Shown here: piece by piece, positions 1 through 13,177 of the stretch | Numbering within the stretch: the stretch's first letter is position 1 | How the letters are laid out: each line of letters opens with the position of its first letter | From: Octopus sinensis | Lineage: Eukaryota | Direction of reading: 5' to 3' | Assembly (NCBI RefSeq): GCF_006345805.1 | Contig: NC_043001.1 | Location: forward strand, 47,554,001 to 47,618,000 | DNA length: 64,000 nucleotides | Notes under the pieces: model-generated | What the model was told of the DNA's origin: nothing | Databases searched by the model: none | What the model saw: the letters and a program-made list of their open reading frames with translations, nothing else | Made by a program: the position numbers and the translations under genes

Positions 1-379
1 GTGCATGTGTGTGTGCGTGCGTATGTATGTGTGCGTGTGCATGCATATATATGTGCGTGTGTATATATGTATGTATGTACATACACACACATACACGTAC
101 ACTTCATTAAGAAGTTAAAAATAGAGCTTGCAGCGACATAATTTTTTTCTTTCTCAGTCATGGTGTCGGTGAAAAATTCTATTAATTTATTATTGTCGGT
201 CGGTATCTTTCTCTGGAAACAAAAGTGACAGTTGTTTTACTAAAGTCTAGCTACATATGCGTCTGTTCGTGCGTGAGAGATAGATAGATAGATAGAGAGA
301 AGAGAGAGAGAGAGAGAGGAGGGGGAGAAAGTGAGTTTGTATGTGTCTATATGTTTGTATGGCCACATACCTTTCAGCA

Positions 380-468
380 AAGCGGCTGTTCATTAAGCAT
401 CATCAGAGAAGTTCTATTTTGGAGTCAGAAATTTAACTTCTCTGATGATGCTTGGCGAATATTCACTT
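380..468 (+). ncRNA. Pri-miRNA-like hairpin (candidate)
   Basis: Ungapped 34-position stem with a perfect 19-bp core (395-413 vs 435-453), 4 G-U pairs and 3 mismatches, in non-repeat DNA. Confidence 0.3.
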
Positions 469-477
469 CAATGAAAC

Positions 478-770
478 AATGGCGGCCATATTTTAAGAAC
501 ACGAATAAATCAATTTATTTCATACTTTGTGCTTAATATTTAGTTCTTTCGTAATTGGGTACTGACAAATTTACCAGACTAGACTATTGTAAGTTTAAAA
601 ATTAGAAATAAATGCACAAACAAACGGAAACAGACACAGAAGGTCACCAAATCTTCATCATTTATCGGCCAGAGGGTCAGAGGGTCAAACGCAATTTCGC
701 GCCTTTAACAACAATAATATCATTCCCCTTCTTGTGACGCCAGCAGCTAGAAGCCGCCGGGAAATGGCGA
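478..770. promoter_or_regulatory. CpG-containing promoter-like patch
   Basis: YY1-like AATGGCGGCCATATTTT (~478) and AAATGGCG (~761), GGGTCA-GA-GGGTCA (674-687), E2F-like TTTCGCGC (695-702). Motif evidence only. Confidence 0.25.
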
Positions 771-1002
771 GCCAACGAACAAGGGAATAAATATGACAGA
801 AAGTGAACAAAAAAAAACGAAGAATACATGAATATGCAACACAGAAAGTGGACATCTATGTACGTACGCATGTACGTATATATGATTTCTTTTCTTTTTA
901 ATTTAAAGTTAATTTAGAACAGGTACCTGCATGGTAGCAAGGTTGTGAAAGAAAGCGTCCTATTTTGTTCATTATTCTTAAAATCTTAAGAAGGTCTTGC
1001 AG

Positions 1003-1072
1003 ATTTTTATTGTCCCAGCTATCGTGGATTTTTATTGCCTCACTCCACAAATTCAGCCATTCTTTGCTCCTG
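1003..1072 (+). CDS. Candidate coding exon, unidentified gene (IFIVPAIVDFYCLTPQIQPFFAP)
   Basis: TTGCAG acceptor and G|GTGAGT donor; all frames open; phase-1 end compatible with the 3969 exon. Confidence 0.22.
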
Positions 1073-1516
1073 GTGAGTTAGTACATATCCTGTTATTCCA
1101 ATAATAATTGGTGTGAAGCCGTAATTTTAATCTTTGGTACTGGATTCGCTAACTCCTTATCAATGATCAATGATATATTATATAAAGAAAAAAAATAGAG
1201 CTGGGCAAGTTTTTAAACATTAAAATATTTTAATTTTATTAAACAGCAATTTATCATATCCCCTTTAATTCCCACAGTTCCCATCAATGAAAAGCATCGT
1301 ATTAATCTATATGCAGAAACTGCCTGACAATGAAGACATGCTGCTAACAAAATTAACTTGGAGCATTTTGCAAATATATTCCTCTAGAGAAGTAATTCCT
1401 TCATTTGCTGCTCTAGCAGATAAACTCCATATGAACTACCCGTTACCGAGGTTTATCTGAATTTTTTAAGGTGTTTACGCTGAGAGTACAAAACTGCGTC
1501 CTGTCTGGGACGCGAA

Positions 1517-2028
1517 ATTTTTTCCCAGAAGTGTTCCCGACCCCGGTATTGAACTCATTTGCATACAGCCAATCAGAGTTCACCTTGACCTTGTTGTCAA
1601 GTTAACAAACACTCTAACAAGTAAACTCAAGACAAAGAATGTTTTTGTAAGTTGACCGATCGCCAAGTTATGCTTGATTTTAGAAGGAGACAAGTAATTA
1701 GATAGATTTGCATCTATACCTATTATCGGATTTTGTTAGGGCCCCATATGGTAAAGATGTAGAGGGTGATGTGATAGCAACCCTCTCCCCTTACCGTTTC
1801 ACAAAGTAAATAACAACACAAATAACTACACAGAGGCAGCCATGGGTGAAACAAGAACAACAAGCATTATTAAAAGAGAAGAGAAGCATGGTCTTTCCTT
1901 ACCCAAATGACTTTATCTTATCACCCATCACTTGCTATGCGCTCATAAATCAGTTTGATAGTTGAACTCTGATTGGCTGTATGCAAATGAGTTCATAACT
2001 TGGGTCCGGAATTTTCGTGGGAAAAAAA
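1517..2028. repeat. Inverted-repeat pair with octamer + CCAAT cassette (MITE-like)
   Basis: 1550-1582 is the exact 33-bp reverse complement of 1963-1995; imperfect extension to ~65 bp; 380-bp spacer. Confidence 0.7.
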
Positions 2029-2811
2029 GGGTGACCAACCCTCTCCACCGGAATTATTCATTGTCAGCGGGAGCAAAGTGAAATTAATGTCTCGTTCAGG
2101 GACATATTTGGGGCCCGCGCTGCAAAATTCGAACCGATGGTCTAACAATCGTGAGTCCTACACGCTAAGTACTAGGCCATGCACCTTCTCACAAATGCTT
2201 CACACATGTTCTACATATATTTTCTCGAATACTAACTGCCAAATTTACACCAGATCACATATTTGGAAGTTTTGACTAATTTTGAGTTTTTACATTCTTG
2301 TAATACCTATTTGCAGCTAAGTAGACCGAGTTGTTGAGAATCAAATGTCTTACCCCCAAATATGTGGTAGTATTGGCAATAGGACTCGAACCAGTGGTCT
2401 TTTGTCCGACAAATTTATATTGGCACCTTATCCTCTCGTTAGATAGCGGTTCTTCGACATTAAAACGGTATCATAAATTTAAATAGGTCGTTGGATCATC
2501 ACAGAAAATTCCCTTTTTCTGTTGTGTGACAAACAGCAAAGTTCATCTGATCCACTAGGATCAGGATGTTGACTTCGAGCAAAAATTGCAGCTATAAAGA
2601 TTAGGGCAAATAGGATGACTTATCGAACCTGCGTCGCTGAATCGGTTTGCAGTCAAACTACGGAAGTAATGTATCATGTTACAGATAGACATAACATTAA
2701 TGTGTGGTGTTGTGTTGACCAGTAATATATGATGTTACGAAGACATGATATTGATGCATGATGTTGAGTTAGGAACTAATATGTAATGTTGCATAGAATA
2801 TAACTTTAATA

Positions 2812-3010
2812 ATTCTTTCTGCTGTAGACATAGAGCTTGAAATTTCTGGGGAAGGATCTAGTCGATTACATCGATCATGTTCAACAGGCACTTATTTTAT
2901 CGATTCCGAAAGGACGAAGGGAGAAGGCGGAATTTTAATTCAAAACGTAAAGGGAAACGAAATGCCGCTAAGCGTTTTGCCCAGCGTGCTAACGATTCTG
3001 CTAGCTCGTT
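2812..3010 (-). mobile_element. tRNA-derived SINE, Deu/Nin-domain-like family (degenerate)
   Basis: Similar to the copy at 8062-8272. Confidence 0.65.
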
Positions 3011-3230
3011 GATTTAGAAATAAATTTAATGCGTGGTATTGTGTTGGACTAATGTAATTATTACCGCTTAACTAATCCCCATCTTCTATTTTTTATTCTA
3101 TCTCAGTCACTCTTCCTGTCTGTCTGTCTGTCTGTCTCTCTGTCTCTGTCTGTCTGTCTGTCTCTGTCTGTCTCTGTCTGTCTGTCTCTGTCTTTGTCTA
3201 TCTGTCTCTCTGTCTCTCTCTTTCTTTCTT

Positions 3231-3267
<37 letters not shown>

Positions 3268-3591
3268 AATGCTTACAGGAATGTAAGCTTCATCTTTCGC
3301 TCGTCTCCATCTGTTTTTTTTTTCGTCAGATTTTATTTAGAAATTCAAATATGAAGTGGGTGTAACTATGAATTCTTAACAGTCTAGTTGTTTCTACCCA
3401 ACCTTGGGAAAGAATCCAAAATTTCAAAACATTTACTAATTAGGTTTTTTGTTTTTGTTCTACAACACAGAAAGGAATTAATGGTGAAAAAAATTCTTTA
3501 AAACTCATCTATATATATATAATCGTTAATCATTTATACAGTAATTTTCACCAGAATTTAAATTGGTATCTCATCTATGAAAAGACATAAT

Positions 3592-3762
3592 GCTATTGCG
3601 ATCTTAAGACGCGGGCATACTGGGCGGTTGCCCAGAAGCATTACGGGTTTAGGGGTCCAATGCTAAGCTATAAACTTCGTGGCTTGCTGTCAATAAATAT
3701 ATACTATAAGCCCAAGAACATGAATGGACCTAGAGGCCTATAATACTGTTAAGACAGCCCTG
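3592..3762. mobile_element. hAT-like MITE
   Basis: Ends TTAAGACAGCCCTG; related copy at 55779-55940. Confidence 0.4.
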
Positions 3763-3968
3763 TACAATGCCACATGGGTAAAAGATGAATTATAATCATA
3801 CCGATTTAAGTGACAGCATAACACTAGTGTTAATTTTATTGGTGCCTAATAAGGATGGAAAGGCGATGGGCGGACTTAAGAATTGCAAAACAATGAATCA
3901 GTGGATTTTTTTTTTTTTTTTGCCACATACATATTGAATTATGATGCAAGTAGCTAAATATTTCACAG

Positions 3969-4028
3969 GAACTTGTACCCTTAACGTAACTTCCAGGACG
4001 GTCCAGATTAGCAAAGTTCGTGACAGAG
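3969..4028 (+). CDS. Candidate coding exon (TCTLNVTSRTVQISKVRDR)
   Basis: TTTCACAG acceptor, AG|GTTTGG donor, single open frame, phase 1 to 1. Confidence 0.45.
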
Positions 4029-4096
4029 GTTTGGTTTTTGAATAACAGATAATACTATTCTGCACATTTTCTGTCAATTCCAATTTTACACGCTAG

Positions 4097-4203
4097 GATT
4101 ATGTCGACCTTCGTTGAAGGTGCTGTGCAGGCAAATCGAAACGGGAACTAAACGATTGAGAAGCGGATTTCTAAAACACTCTGCTATGTTCCCATACTGT
4201 AAG
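4097..4203 (+). CDS. Candidate coding exon ([36 protein letters not shown])
   Basis: 68-nt GT..AG intron from the previous exon; the only open frame is the phase-compatible one; AAG|GTATAT donor. Confidence 0.45.
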
Positions 4204-4210
4204 GTATATA

Positions 4211-4286
<76 letters not shown>

Positions 4287-4511
4287 TGTTGTCATACTAT
4301 TACTATTATATATACATATATATATGTATATGTAAATATATATATGTATGTATATATATATATATATATGTATATACATACATATATATGTATATGTAAA
4401 TATATATATGTATGTATATATATATATGTATATACATACATATATATATGTATATGTAAATATATATATGTATATACATACATATATATATGTATATGTA
4501 ATATATATATG

Positions 4512-4566
<55 letters not shown>

Positions 4567-4650
4567 GTATATACATACATATATACATACATATATATGT
4601 AAAGATAGACACACACATATATATATATATATATACATATACATATGCAT
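4204..4650. repeat. (TA)n/(TATG)n compound microsatellite
   Basis: Seen directly. Confidence 0.95.
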
Positions 4651-4654
4651 ATAT

Positions 4655-4862
4655 GTGACCGCGTGTGTACCGTTGGCGATTTTTTTCCCTCTTTCTCCCC
4701 ATCTCTGGATCTTTCCTTCTCCTATGTTTCCGACGAAGAGCTCCGCTCGAAACGTTAAGCCCTCCTTCTTTCCTTCTTTCCTGAGCGTCCAATAATACTA
4801 TATTTGTTCCACGTCCTCGCGTTGTTGTGTTTTTTGTGCTTTCTTGTTTGGATTAACTTTAT
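4655..4862 (+). mobile_element. Short Penelope-type repeat (family P2) with hammerhead-like motif at 4727-4759
   Basis: CCGACGA-A-GAGC(TCC)GCTC-GAAACGT; homologous to 45560-45762; (TA)n on both sides. Confidence 0.6.
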
Positions 4863-4864
4863 AT

Positions 4865-4918
<54 letters not shown>

Positions 4919-4928
4919 GTATATATAT

Positions 4929-5460
<532 letters not shown>

Positions 5461-5465
5461 TATAC

Positions 5466-5511
<46 letters not shown>

Positions 5512-6338
5512 GTGTGTGTGTGCGTATGTGTGTGTGGTGTGTGTGTGTGTGTGTGTGTGTAAATACGTACGTACATGTGTGTGTGCGCATGCGTATGGGT
5601 TTGTGCGTGCTTGTTCGTATAACCAGGCGCGCTACCACTTTGTCACCTGGACACTTCCGCAAACCAACAAGACAAAATACCCTCAAACTAGTCGCTTGTC
5701 CTGTTAGAAGCAGGAACAGTGGCTACATTTTCCTCAAATCGTTGTTTAGAGAGGAAAACACACATTAGACAACATAGTTATCTAATCTGGGCACATATTA
5801 GATACCCTTGAACAGACAGTATGGTCACGGCGAGAATGCATTTGATCGAAGGACCTCTCGACTCGGATTGACTTGGACAATGCCGGATTTATACTATATA
5901 AAGCCTTAAGCTATATATTTGATGCCCTTTATTAAGATATTTACCCCCAGAGGGTCTCACATAAACTGGAGAGCATCTATGCGTATTAGTTATCTAGAAT
6001 CATCTGCATACTATGAGACCTTAAGCTGTAGTTTCTTTGGCTTATACTCAAATCAAAGACTAACCCTGGAGCTACACCACAAGTGAACTTTATCTTGAAT
6101 TGTCAACAAAATCACGGTCGATGGGAAGAATTAGATTAAATAAGTTTCACGTGTCGAATACGCCATGATTAAAACCGACTCTACGTATATAAATACTTTA
6201 CTCCCAAGAGACATCTTTGTGTGATATTGCTATCGAATTAAATAGCTCTATTAATTCGCAAATTATGTATGTATGTATGTATGTATGTATGTGTGCGTAA
6301 GCATGCATATATAAAGACACACATACATACATACATAC

Positions 6339-6369
<31 letters not shown>

Positions 6370-6420
6370 TGTATGTATGTATGTATGTATGTATGTATGT
6401 TCTGGGGCTTATAGTATATA

Positions 6421-7691
6421 TTAGGTCATACCATAAATAATGCGATTTTTTTCAGTTGCATGAACTAAAAGTCGGAGGGGAACGGGATAAACTACTTGCA
6501 TCAACTTGCTATAAAAGCAGGCAGTAATTTTACCTTGCACTTACTCTTAGTGCCAGTTCTGAAGGGTGCAGTTCGATTTTGATAGTTATTTTTTCAAAGC
6601 TATAATGGAAGTGATAAAGGGTATATTCGACATATTTTGCTTTATGAGTTCAACAAAAGCAACAACGCAACGGAAAGTGCGAAGAATATTAATGCAGTAT
6701 ATGAAGATGGGACAATAAGCATAAGCCAGTGTCAATGGTGGTTCCAGAAATTCTGAGCCGGAAACTACTGCCTAGAAAACGAACCTCGTCCTGGAAGATC
6801 TGTAGAACTCGATGAGGACGTCCTGCAGAGCCTGGTGGAACAAAATCCCATCGTAAGTGCTGAGGACCAAGCAGAGAAGCTTGGATTTGGTCATTCAACC
6901 ATTCATCCATACCTGCATGCCATCGGAAAAGTCAGCAAATTGGATCAGTGGTTTATTCACAAACTTTCCGAGTCTAATCGCAGAGAGTGAATGTTGTGCT
7001 CTTCTTTGCTGTCATGTCTCCCGAATGAACCTTTTTTGGACCGAATAGTGACTGATGACGAGTGATGGGTTCTCTATAAAAACGTTAAGCGTCGATGACA
7101 GTGGGTAGGAAAAGGAGAAACACCGGCACCCCAGGCTAAAGAAGGTCTTCACCCATGTAAGATGTTGTTATGTGTTTGGTGGGATAGTCCACTTTGAACT
7201 TTAAAACCCAAACTAAACGATAACAAAGGAGATCTACTGCGAGCAGCTTGAGCGGCTTAAGGCAGCGCTAAAAAGAAAACCGACCATCTTTGGTTTCAAT
7301 ACGAAAGCTGTACTTCCATCAGGATAATGTTCAACCACATGCAGTGAGGATGACATTCGAAAGGCTGGAGCAGTTTGAATGGGAAACGGTGCTCCATCCA
7401 CAATATTTGCTGGACACTGCCCCGTCTGATTATCATTTATTCAGCAGTCTTCAAACATTTGGACGGAAAAAATATGAATTCTGTAGACGAGGTCAGAACA
7501 GTACTGGAGGAATATTTTTTGTCACGGACAAGTGAATTTTAGAAGAGGGACCTTGCAAGTCAGCAAGATAGATGGAAGAACGTTGTAGAAAATGAAGAAG
7601 AGTATATTTTAGATTAATAAAGAACTTTGTTTACCTTAATTTTTAAAAATAAAAGAAGTATAAAAAACACATTATTTATGGGTTGACCTAA
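6421..7691 (+). mobile_element. Mariner transposon, full length, pseudogenised transposase
   Basis: TIRs TTAGGTCA..TGACCTAA, TA TSD, remnants IVTDDE*W, FHQDNVQPH, APSDYHLF. Confidence 0.92.
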
Positions 7692-8061
7692 TATTTATTG
7701 AAAGCAAACCACAAAAGTATATAGCTTATCATAGTTCCCCTAAACCCGTAAGTGTCTTGGACCACCGCCCAGTATGCTCGTGTCTTAAGATTGCAGTGAC
7801 ATTATGTCTTCTTAAAATAATTGGCGTAGATGTAATATAAGTTTAAATTGTGTCGAAAATTACCATATAAACGATTTTAAATATACATGAATTTTAAAGA
7901 ATTTTTTGTGAATATAAATGGAGCACCACCACGAATTTACGATATAGAACAATGTTGAACTATAACCTAGGGCCTTGCAAGAACGTGAAATTCTTTACTA
8001 GTCTAAACAATATTGCTAGCTTGGTGTAGTTACAGAACTTACGAAATAGTTTCACCGGAAT

Positions 8062-8272
8062 AAGGCGGCGAGCTGGCAGAAACGTTAGCACACCGGGTGA
8101 AATGCTTAGCGGTACTTTGTTTTTACGTTCTGGGTTCAAATTCCACCGAGGTTGACTTTGCCTTTCATCCTTTCGGGGTCGATAAATTAAAATAACAGTT
8201 GCGTACTGGGGTCGATCTAATCGACTGGCTCCCTTCCCCAAAATTTCGGACCTTGTGTCTAGAGTAGAAAAG
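8062..8272 (+). mobile_element. Deu/Nin-like tRNA SINE
   Basis: Head GGCGGCGAGCTGGCAGAAACGTTAG, B box GTTCAAATTCC, GCCTTTCATCCTTTCGGGGTCGATAAA core. Confidence 0.85.
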
Positions 8273-8584
8273 AAAAGGATATTTTCCCTGGAATGATAAT
8301 CCCTAATAAATAAGTATTATATATATATGTATATTTATATATATACAGAAAATATATATTATTCTATTTGATTTGATGGCTTACATGACACACGAGCTTA
8401 TAACATATTTGCGATATTGGCAGGCTCTATCTGGAACCACCATTTGCCAGTAACTTAAAACCTGACAATGTGATTATAAGCTTCACCGCTAATTAGTGGG
8501 ATATTTCTGAGACTACACATACACATATATACATTCTTCCAGATACACACACATACACACGCATTCTACCTGATTGCCTTATAT

Positions 8585-9462
8585 ACGTGGTCTGATCAAT
8601 AAATATCCGGAGTGTTGCCATAGTAGCGAAGTTAAAATACGCAGAGTGAAGCCGCTTGACACACATTGATGTGAAACCCTGCTGTGCATGCGCACGAAGT
8701 TTTAAGGTTCTAGCTCACTTCCGCTGTTTACAGTAGTGCTTGGAAGGAACGTGTGTAGCATGTGATCGTCGCATTGACTATGACAAAGAAAGCTGAGAAG
8801 AGAATCTACATCAAATTTTGCCGAAAGCTTGGCGATACCTGCTCGGAGGCCCACACAAAATTTTCATCGTTCTCGACACAATGAAGGAGATTTTGTGCAA
8901 CTGAAACCCAAATGCCTTTTTGGTCAGCTGAAAGCAGTTTTAGCGCAAACATGGCAGACACGTGTCTCATAGCCAAATCTTCAGTGATAATGAACCGTAA
9001 TTAATCTGTTCATCCTCTGATAACTAACGGATGGTGATTCGACGATTTCCCCTAACAGCTGCACGCGCATCTACGTTGCACGCACGTGTTTTTCTCAGTT
9101 CTGCTGATTGCGGGTCTCCGAGAACGTTCGACAAATAAAACATTTTTTTCTGCCATCTTGGAAACGTCTGAACCACTTATATACTTGTGTGCAGCTCATA
9201 CATTCTTCTCCATACACTTTCTGCAACCTTGCCTCTGAGTAGATATCGCCATGACAACTTTCTCTGTCAGGGTCAATGCGACGATCACACGCAACACAGC
9301 TCCCTTCAAAGCACTGCTGTAAAGAGTGAAAGTGAGCTAGAACGTTAAAACTTAGTGTGCATACACAGCAGAGTTCGAGGTCAACCTTTGCCCCGTGGCT
9401 TGACTCTGCGTGTTTTAGCTTCGTTACTATGGCAACAGTCCGGATACTTATTGATCATATAA
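8585..9462. mobile_element. Foldback mariner derivative built from two 5' ends
   Basis: ~150-bp imperfect IRs; transposase N-terminus on + (8780-8850) and on - (9290-8860). Confidence 0.75.
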
Positions 9463-9919
9463 TACATATATATATATAGTAGCCTTTTATGAATATCATT
9501 GAATAAGTAATTAGCCTTATTAAATCCAGTTTGAGAGGAAAGAAATGTTCCATCAGATAGGTTGTCAACCCCACTTAATTCAGACTGAGAAAAATCGATA
9601 TGTAATCATCAATCAGTCTTAATGATTTCAGGAACTAGGAAAATGGAAGTTAAGATGTTCACGCAAAGAATCAATGAAATAATCACTACAACGATTTAAA
9701 TTTGATTAACATGACTCCTTCTGGCGGAATCGTAAGTACGCCGGCATTTTGTCCGTTGTTACGTTCTGAGTTCAAATTCCATCGAGATCGACCTTGTCTT
9801 TCATAATTTCGGTGTCGATAAAATAAGTACCAATTACACATTGGGGTCGATGTAATCGACTAGTCACCTCCCTTATATTTTAGTCCTTGAACCTATAATA
9901 TATATATATATGTATATAA

Positions 9920-11130
9920 AAACGGGGTAAAGCAAGGTTGTGTCCTCGCTCCTACATTGTTTGGCATCTTCTTCTCGCTCTTACTCTCACATGCCTTTCA
10001 GACATCAGATGATGGAGTGTTTCTGCACAGTAGAAGTGACGGGAAACTGTTCAATCTCTCGCGCCTGCGTGCCAAGACTAAAATCAGAAACGTCCTGATC
10101 AAGGAGATGCTATTTGCTGATGATGCCGCTCTGGTATCACACACAGAAGAAGCCCTCCAAAGGCTCATTAACTGTTTTGAGCAAGCATGTAACGACTTTG
10201 GCTTAGCTATCAGCCTTAAGAAGACCAACATCATGGGTCAGCCTACGTCGGACATCCCAAACATACATATTGGAGACCACAGATTACAAGAGGTGGAGAA
10301 GTTTACCTATCTGGGCTCTACCGTCACCTACAACCTATCCCTCGACGCTGAGCTCAATATACGCATTGGCAAGGCAGCTGCTGCGATGGCCCAACTCTCC
10401 AAACGGGCTTGGGACAACAATAAGCTGACCAAGACCACGAAAATGAAGACCTACCAGGCATGTGTACTTAGCACTCTACTGTATGGAAGTGAGACTTGGA
10501 CGCTATACACACGCCAAGAGCGTCGCCTAAACATCTTTCACCTGCGCTGCCTCCGGAAAATCCTCCGCATCAAATGGCAGAACCATATCCCCAACAAAAA
10601 TGTCCTCATGCAAGCAGGAATACCAAGCATGTTTGCACTCCTCACACAAAGACGTATGAGATGGCTTGGACATGTTAGCCGTATAAAAGATGGCAGAATC
10701 CCCAAGTACATACCCTACGGAGAGCTTGCTAGGGGCACTAGGTCTGTGGGTAGACCGCTCTTACGTTACAAGGATGTTTGCAAAAGGGACATGAAGGCCT
10801 GCAACATCAATATTAGCGGTTGGGAGGCAGTTGCCGGCAACCGTGGAGACTAGCGACGTACCGTAAGAGAGGGAATACAAAGGAGTGACAGAGAGAGAGA
10901 GAGAGGAGAAATGGAAAGACAAGAAAAGACGTCAACAAGAAACTATGGCAGTACAACCAGCCAGGAACAGTCTTCGCTACATTTGCGGTACCTGCCAGAG
11001 GGAGTGTTTGTCCAGGATAGGACTACACAGCCACAGCAGGAAATGTATCAGGACATGAAATGTAAAAGCCGGACTAGACTACTTTATGCGCAACTCCATT
11101 GTATCTCGAGACAAAAAGGATGCCAACAAC
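9920..11130 (+). mobile_element. RTE-clade LINE, 5'-truncated (ORF 9957-10853)
   Basis: GVKQGCVLAP, LFADD, LLYGSETW, RWLGHVSR; after a stop, YICGTCQRECLSRIGLHSHSRKC; RTE-type 3' end. Confidence 0.95.
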
Positions 11131-11258
11131 ATATATATATATATGATGAGTGCTCAGCATTTTAAAAAACTGTTGTAATACTTACAACATTTAATAAAAT
11201 GATGTAGTACGAAACGATCGTACCAAATTACCGGAGTCATTCTTGTTGCTTATTTTGA

Positions 11259-11299
<41 letters not shown>

Positions 11300-11329
11300 G
11301 TGCGTGTGTGTGCGTGTGTGTGCGTGTAT

Positions 11330-11715
11330 AGGATGGCCGTGTGGATAACGTGATCATTTTGTGAGTGCGTGATTCTGGGTTCAATCACACTGCGCGGCAC
11401 TTTGGGTCTACTAATGTCTTTGGAATGAATTTGGCAGGTGGAAACTGTTGAAACCCATGTGTGTGTGTGTGTGCGTGTTTGTATGTGTGTTTATGCATGT
11501 ATGTGTGTACTTTTGCCACCTATTGACAACCTTCGCCATCTATTGACAACTAGTGTTGGTTTGTTTACGACCCTGTCACTTAACGACTCAGTAAAGATTA
11601 TGAAAAAATCGATCGAATAAACATCAGACTTAAAATAATTACTGGAGTCGATTTGTTTGACTAAGCACTGCCGTAACATGGCCACACTTCAGTGACTGAA
11701 ACAGATAAACGATAA
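11330..11715 (+). mobile_element. CORE-type SINE (old copy)
   Basis: Colinear with 5039-5460. Confidence 0.7.
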
Positions 11716-12685
11716 AGGATGTATAAATTATTTCATGACGAAAATGGTAAATGAAAAGGTGGAAATCGAGTTGTTTTCTAAGGGAAGTAACTCTTCTGAA
11801 CTAAACGATAAACTAAAAATCTGTGTTGCAGCTACATTATCCATCCACTCATTCAAGTCACTCATTTAAATTCTTTGAATGTCTAGCGTGTTTTGTGGGA
11901 TTAGCCTGCGATATTTAGCGAAGGAACTAGTAGACATGCTACAAACTGCATCTCTGAAAATTTAAAAGCATTTTTTGATTAAATATTACAAAATCTATTT
12001 TAAAAATATCTTACAGATCTCTCCGCTATTTTGCTAATTTTTAAAGAATTCTAATTAATATAAGGATTTCTAATATTGGTACAAGGTAACAAAATTAATT
12101 ATATTACGAAATAACATTTATGGCTTTTCTTTCTTAGTGCCAATGAAGAATCGAATACTGGATATATTAATACAATAAATATTTGTAATTTTGGCACAAG
12201 GTGAGCAATTTTCAAAGGGGGGAGTTATTCAATACCATCGCCACCAGTACTTTATTTATCAACCCCAAGGAAAGAAAAGTGAAGTTGATCTAGGAGAAAT
12301 TTAAATTCAGAATGTAAAGACCTGGAAATTTTACCGGTGTACGCCGAACGAAGACCTTAATGTTATTTGTTCTGCTCCGAGTTACGGCCACACCCTTGTC
12401 GCTTGTACCGTTACAAATTCATTGATCTGATGATTTCTTCATTGGAAACTTCTAATCATCAATTTAATTATTTATCAATTACGATACAGAAATGAAGATA
12501 TAATAAATAAGTGGAGGAAATTGAATCCTGTAATAAATATTTCCTGCTTAGTCAAAAGGCAATAATTTGTTGACGATACAACGGGATATTGTTTGAAAAC
12601 TATAATTTTACCCATGATAACAGTTACTTAGGTGAAGTGCAATGGCCGAAAGTGAAATCGGAAAGCGAGTTCCACTCGTTTAGAG

Positions 12686-12949
12686 CAGAGGTTCTCAACC
12701 AATTTTTACCCGTAGTTCCCTTTACTCCAGTGGATCCTCATAGCCATCCGATGTTTTAAAAAATCCCATTATATTTTTATAATCAAATATTATTAGGAAT
12801 TGTATAAAAAAAATTGTAAAGATATTTTATGTATAGTAGAAATATTACTGATTTTATTGTAGATACATTTTAACTACAAAATCTTTTATGAACCCCCAAG
12901 GGACATATGAACCCCCAAGAGCCATATGGACATCAGTTTGGGACCACTA
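12686..12949. mobile_element. hAT (Charlie-like) MITE
   Basis: TIR CAGAGGTTCTCAA / TTTGGGACCACTA; 8-bp TSD GTTTAGAG/GTTCAGAG (7 of 8 match). Confidence 0.7.
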
Positions 12950-13177
12950 GTTCAGAGCTTACCAATTACTTAATGAGTTGTTATTTGTGACTTTTTCAAA
13001 AGTTAATGATGTTTTAAATAAAAGCAAACTTGGCCATTCTGAAGGTTATAGCTGACCAAATTAGCAAGCTGTTTATTGGCTCAAAAACACCAAATATATA
13101 GGGGGAATTTTATACAGTAAAATATGTGTATATCTGTAAGCTCTTCAAGAGTTTCTGGTTAAATACTGTATATTAAT

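Noticed and set aside
435-453. TGATGA as a C/D snoRNA box C
   Set aside because: It lies in the 3' arm of a long stem with no downstream box D layout.
1790-1807. PSE-like CTTACCGT..AAAGT near octamers (snRNA promoter)
   Set aside because: Partial match only, and no recognisable snRNA body follows.
12424-12457. CTGATGA..GAAAC as a hammerhead
   Set aside because: No stem II or stem III can form.
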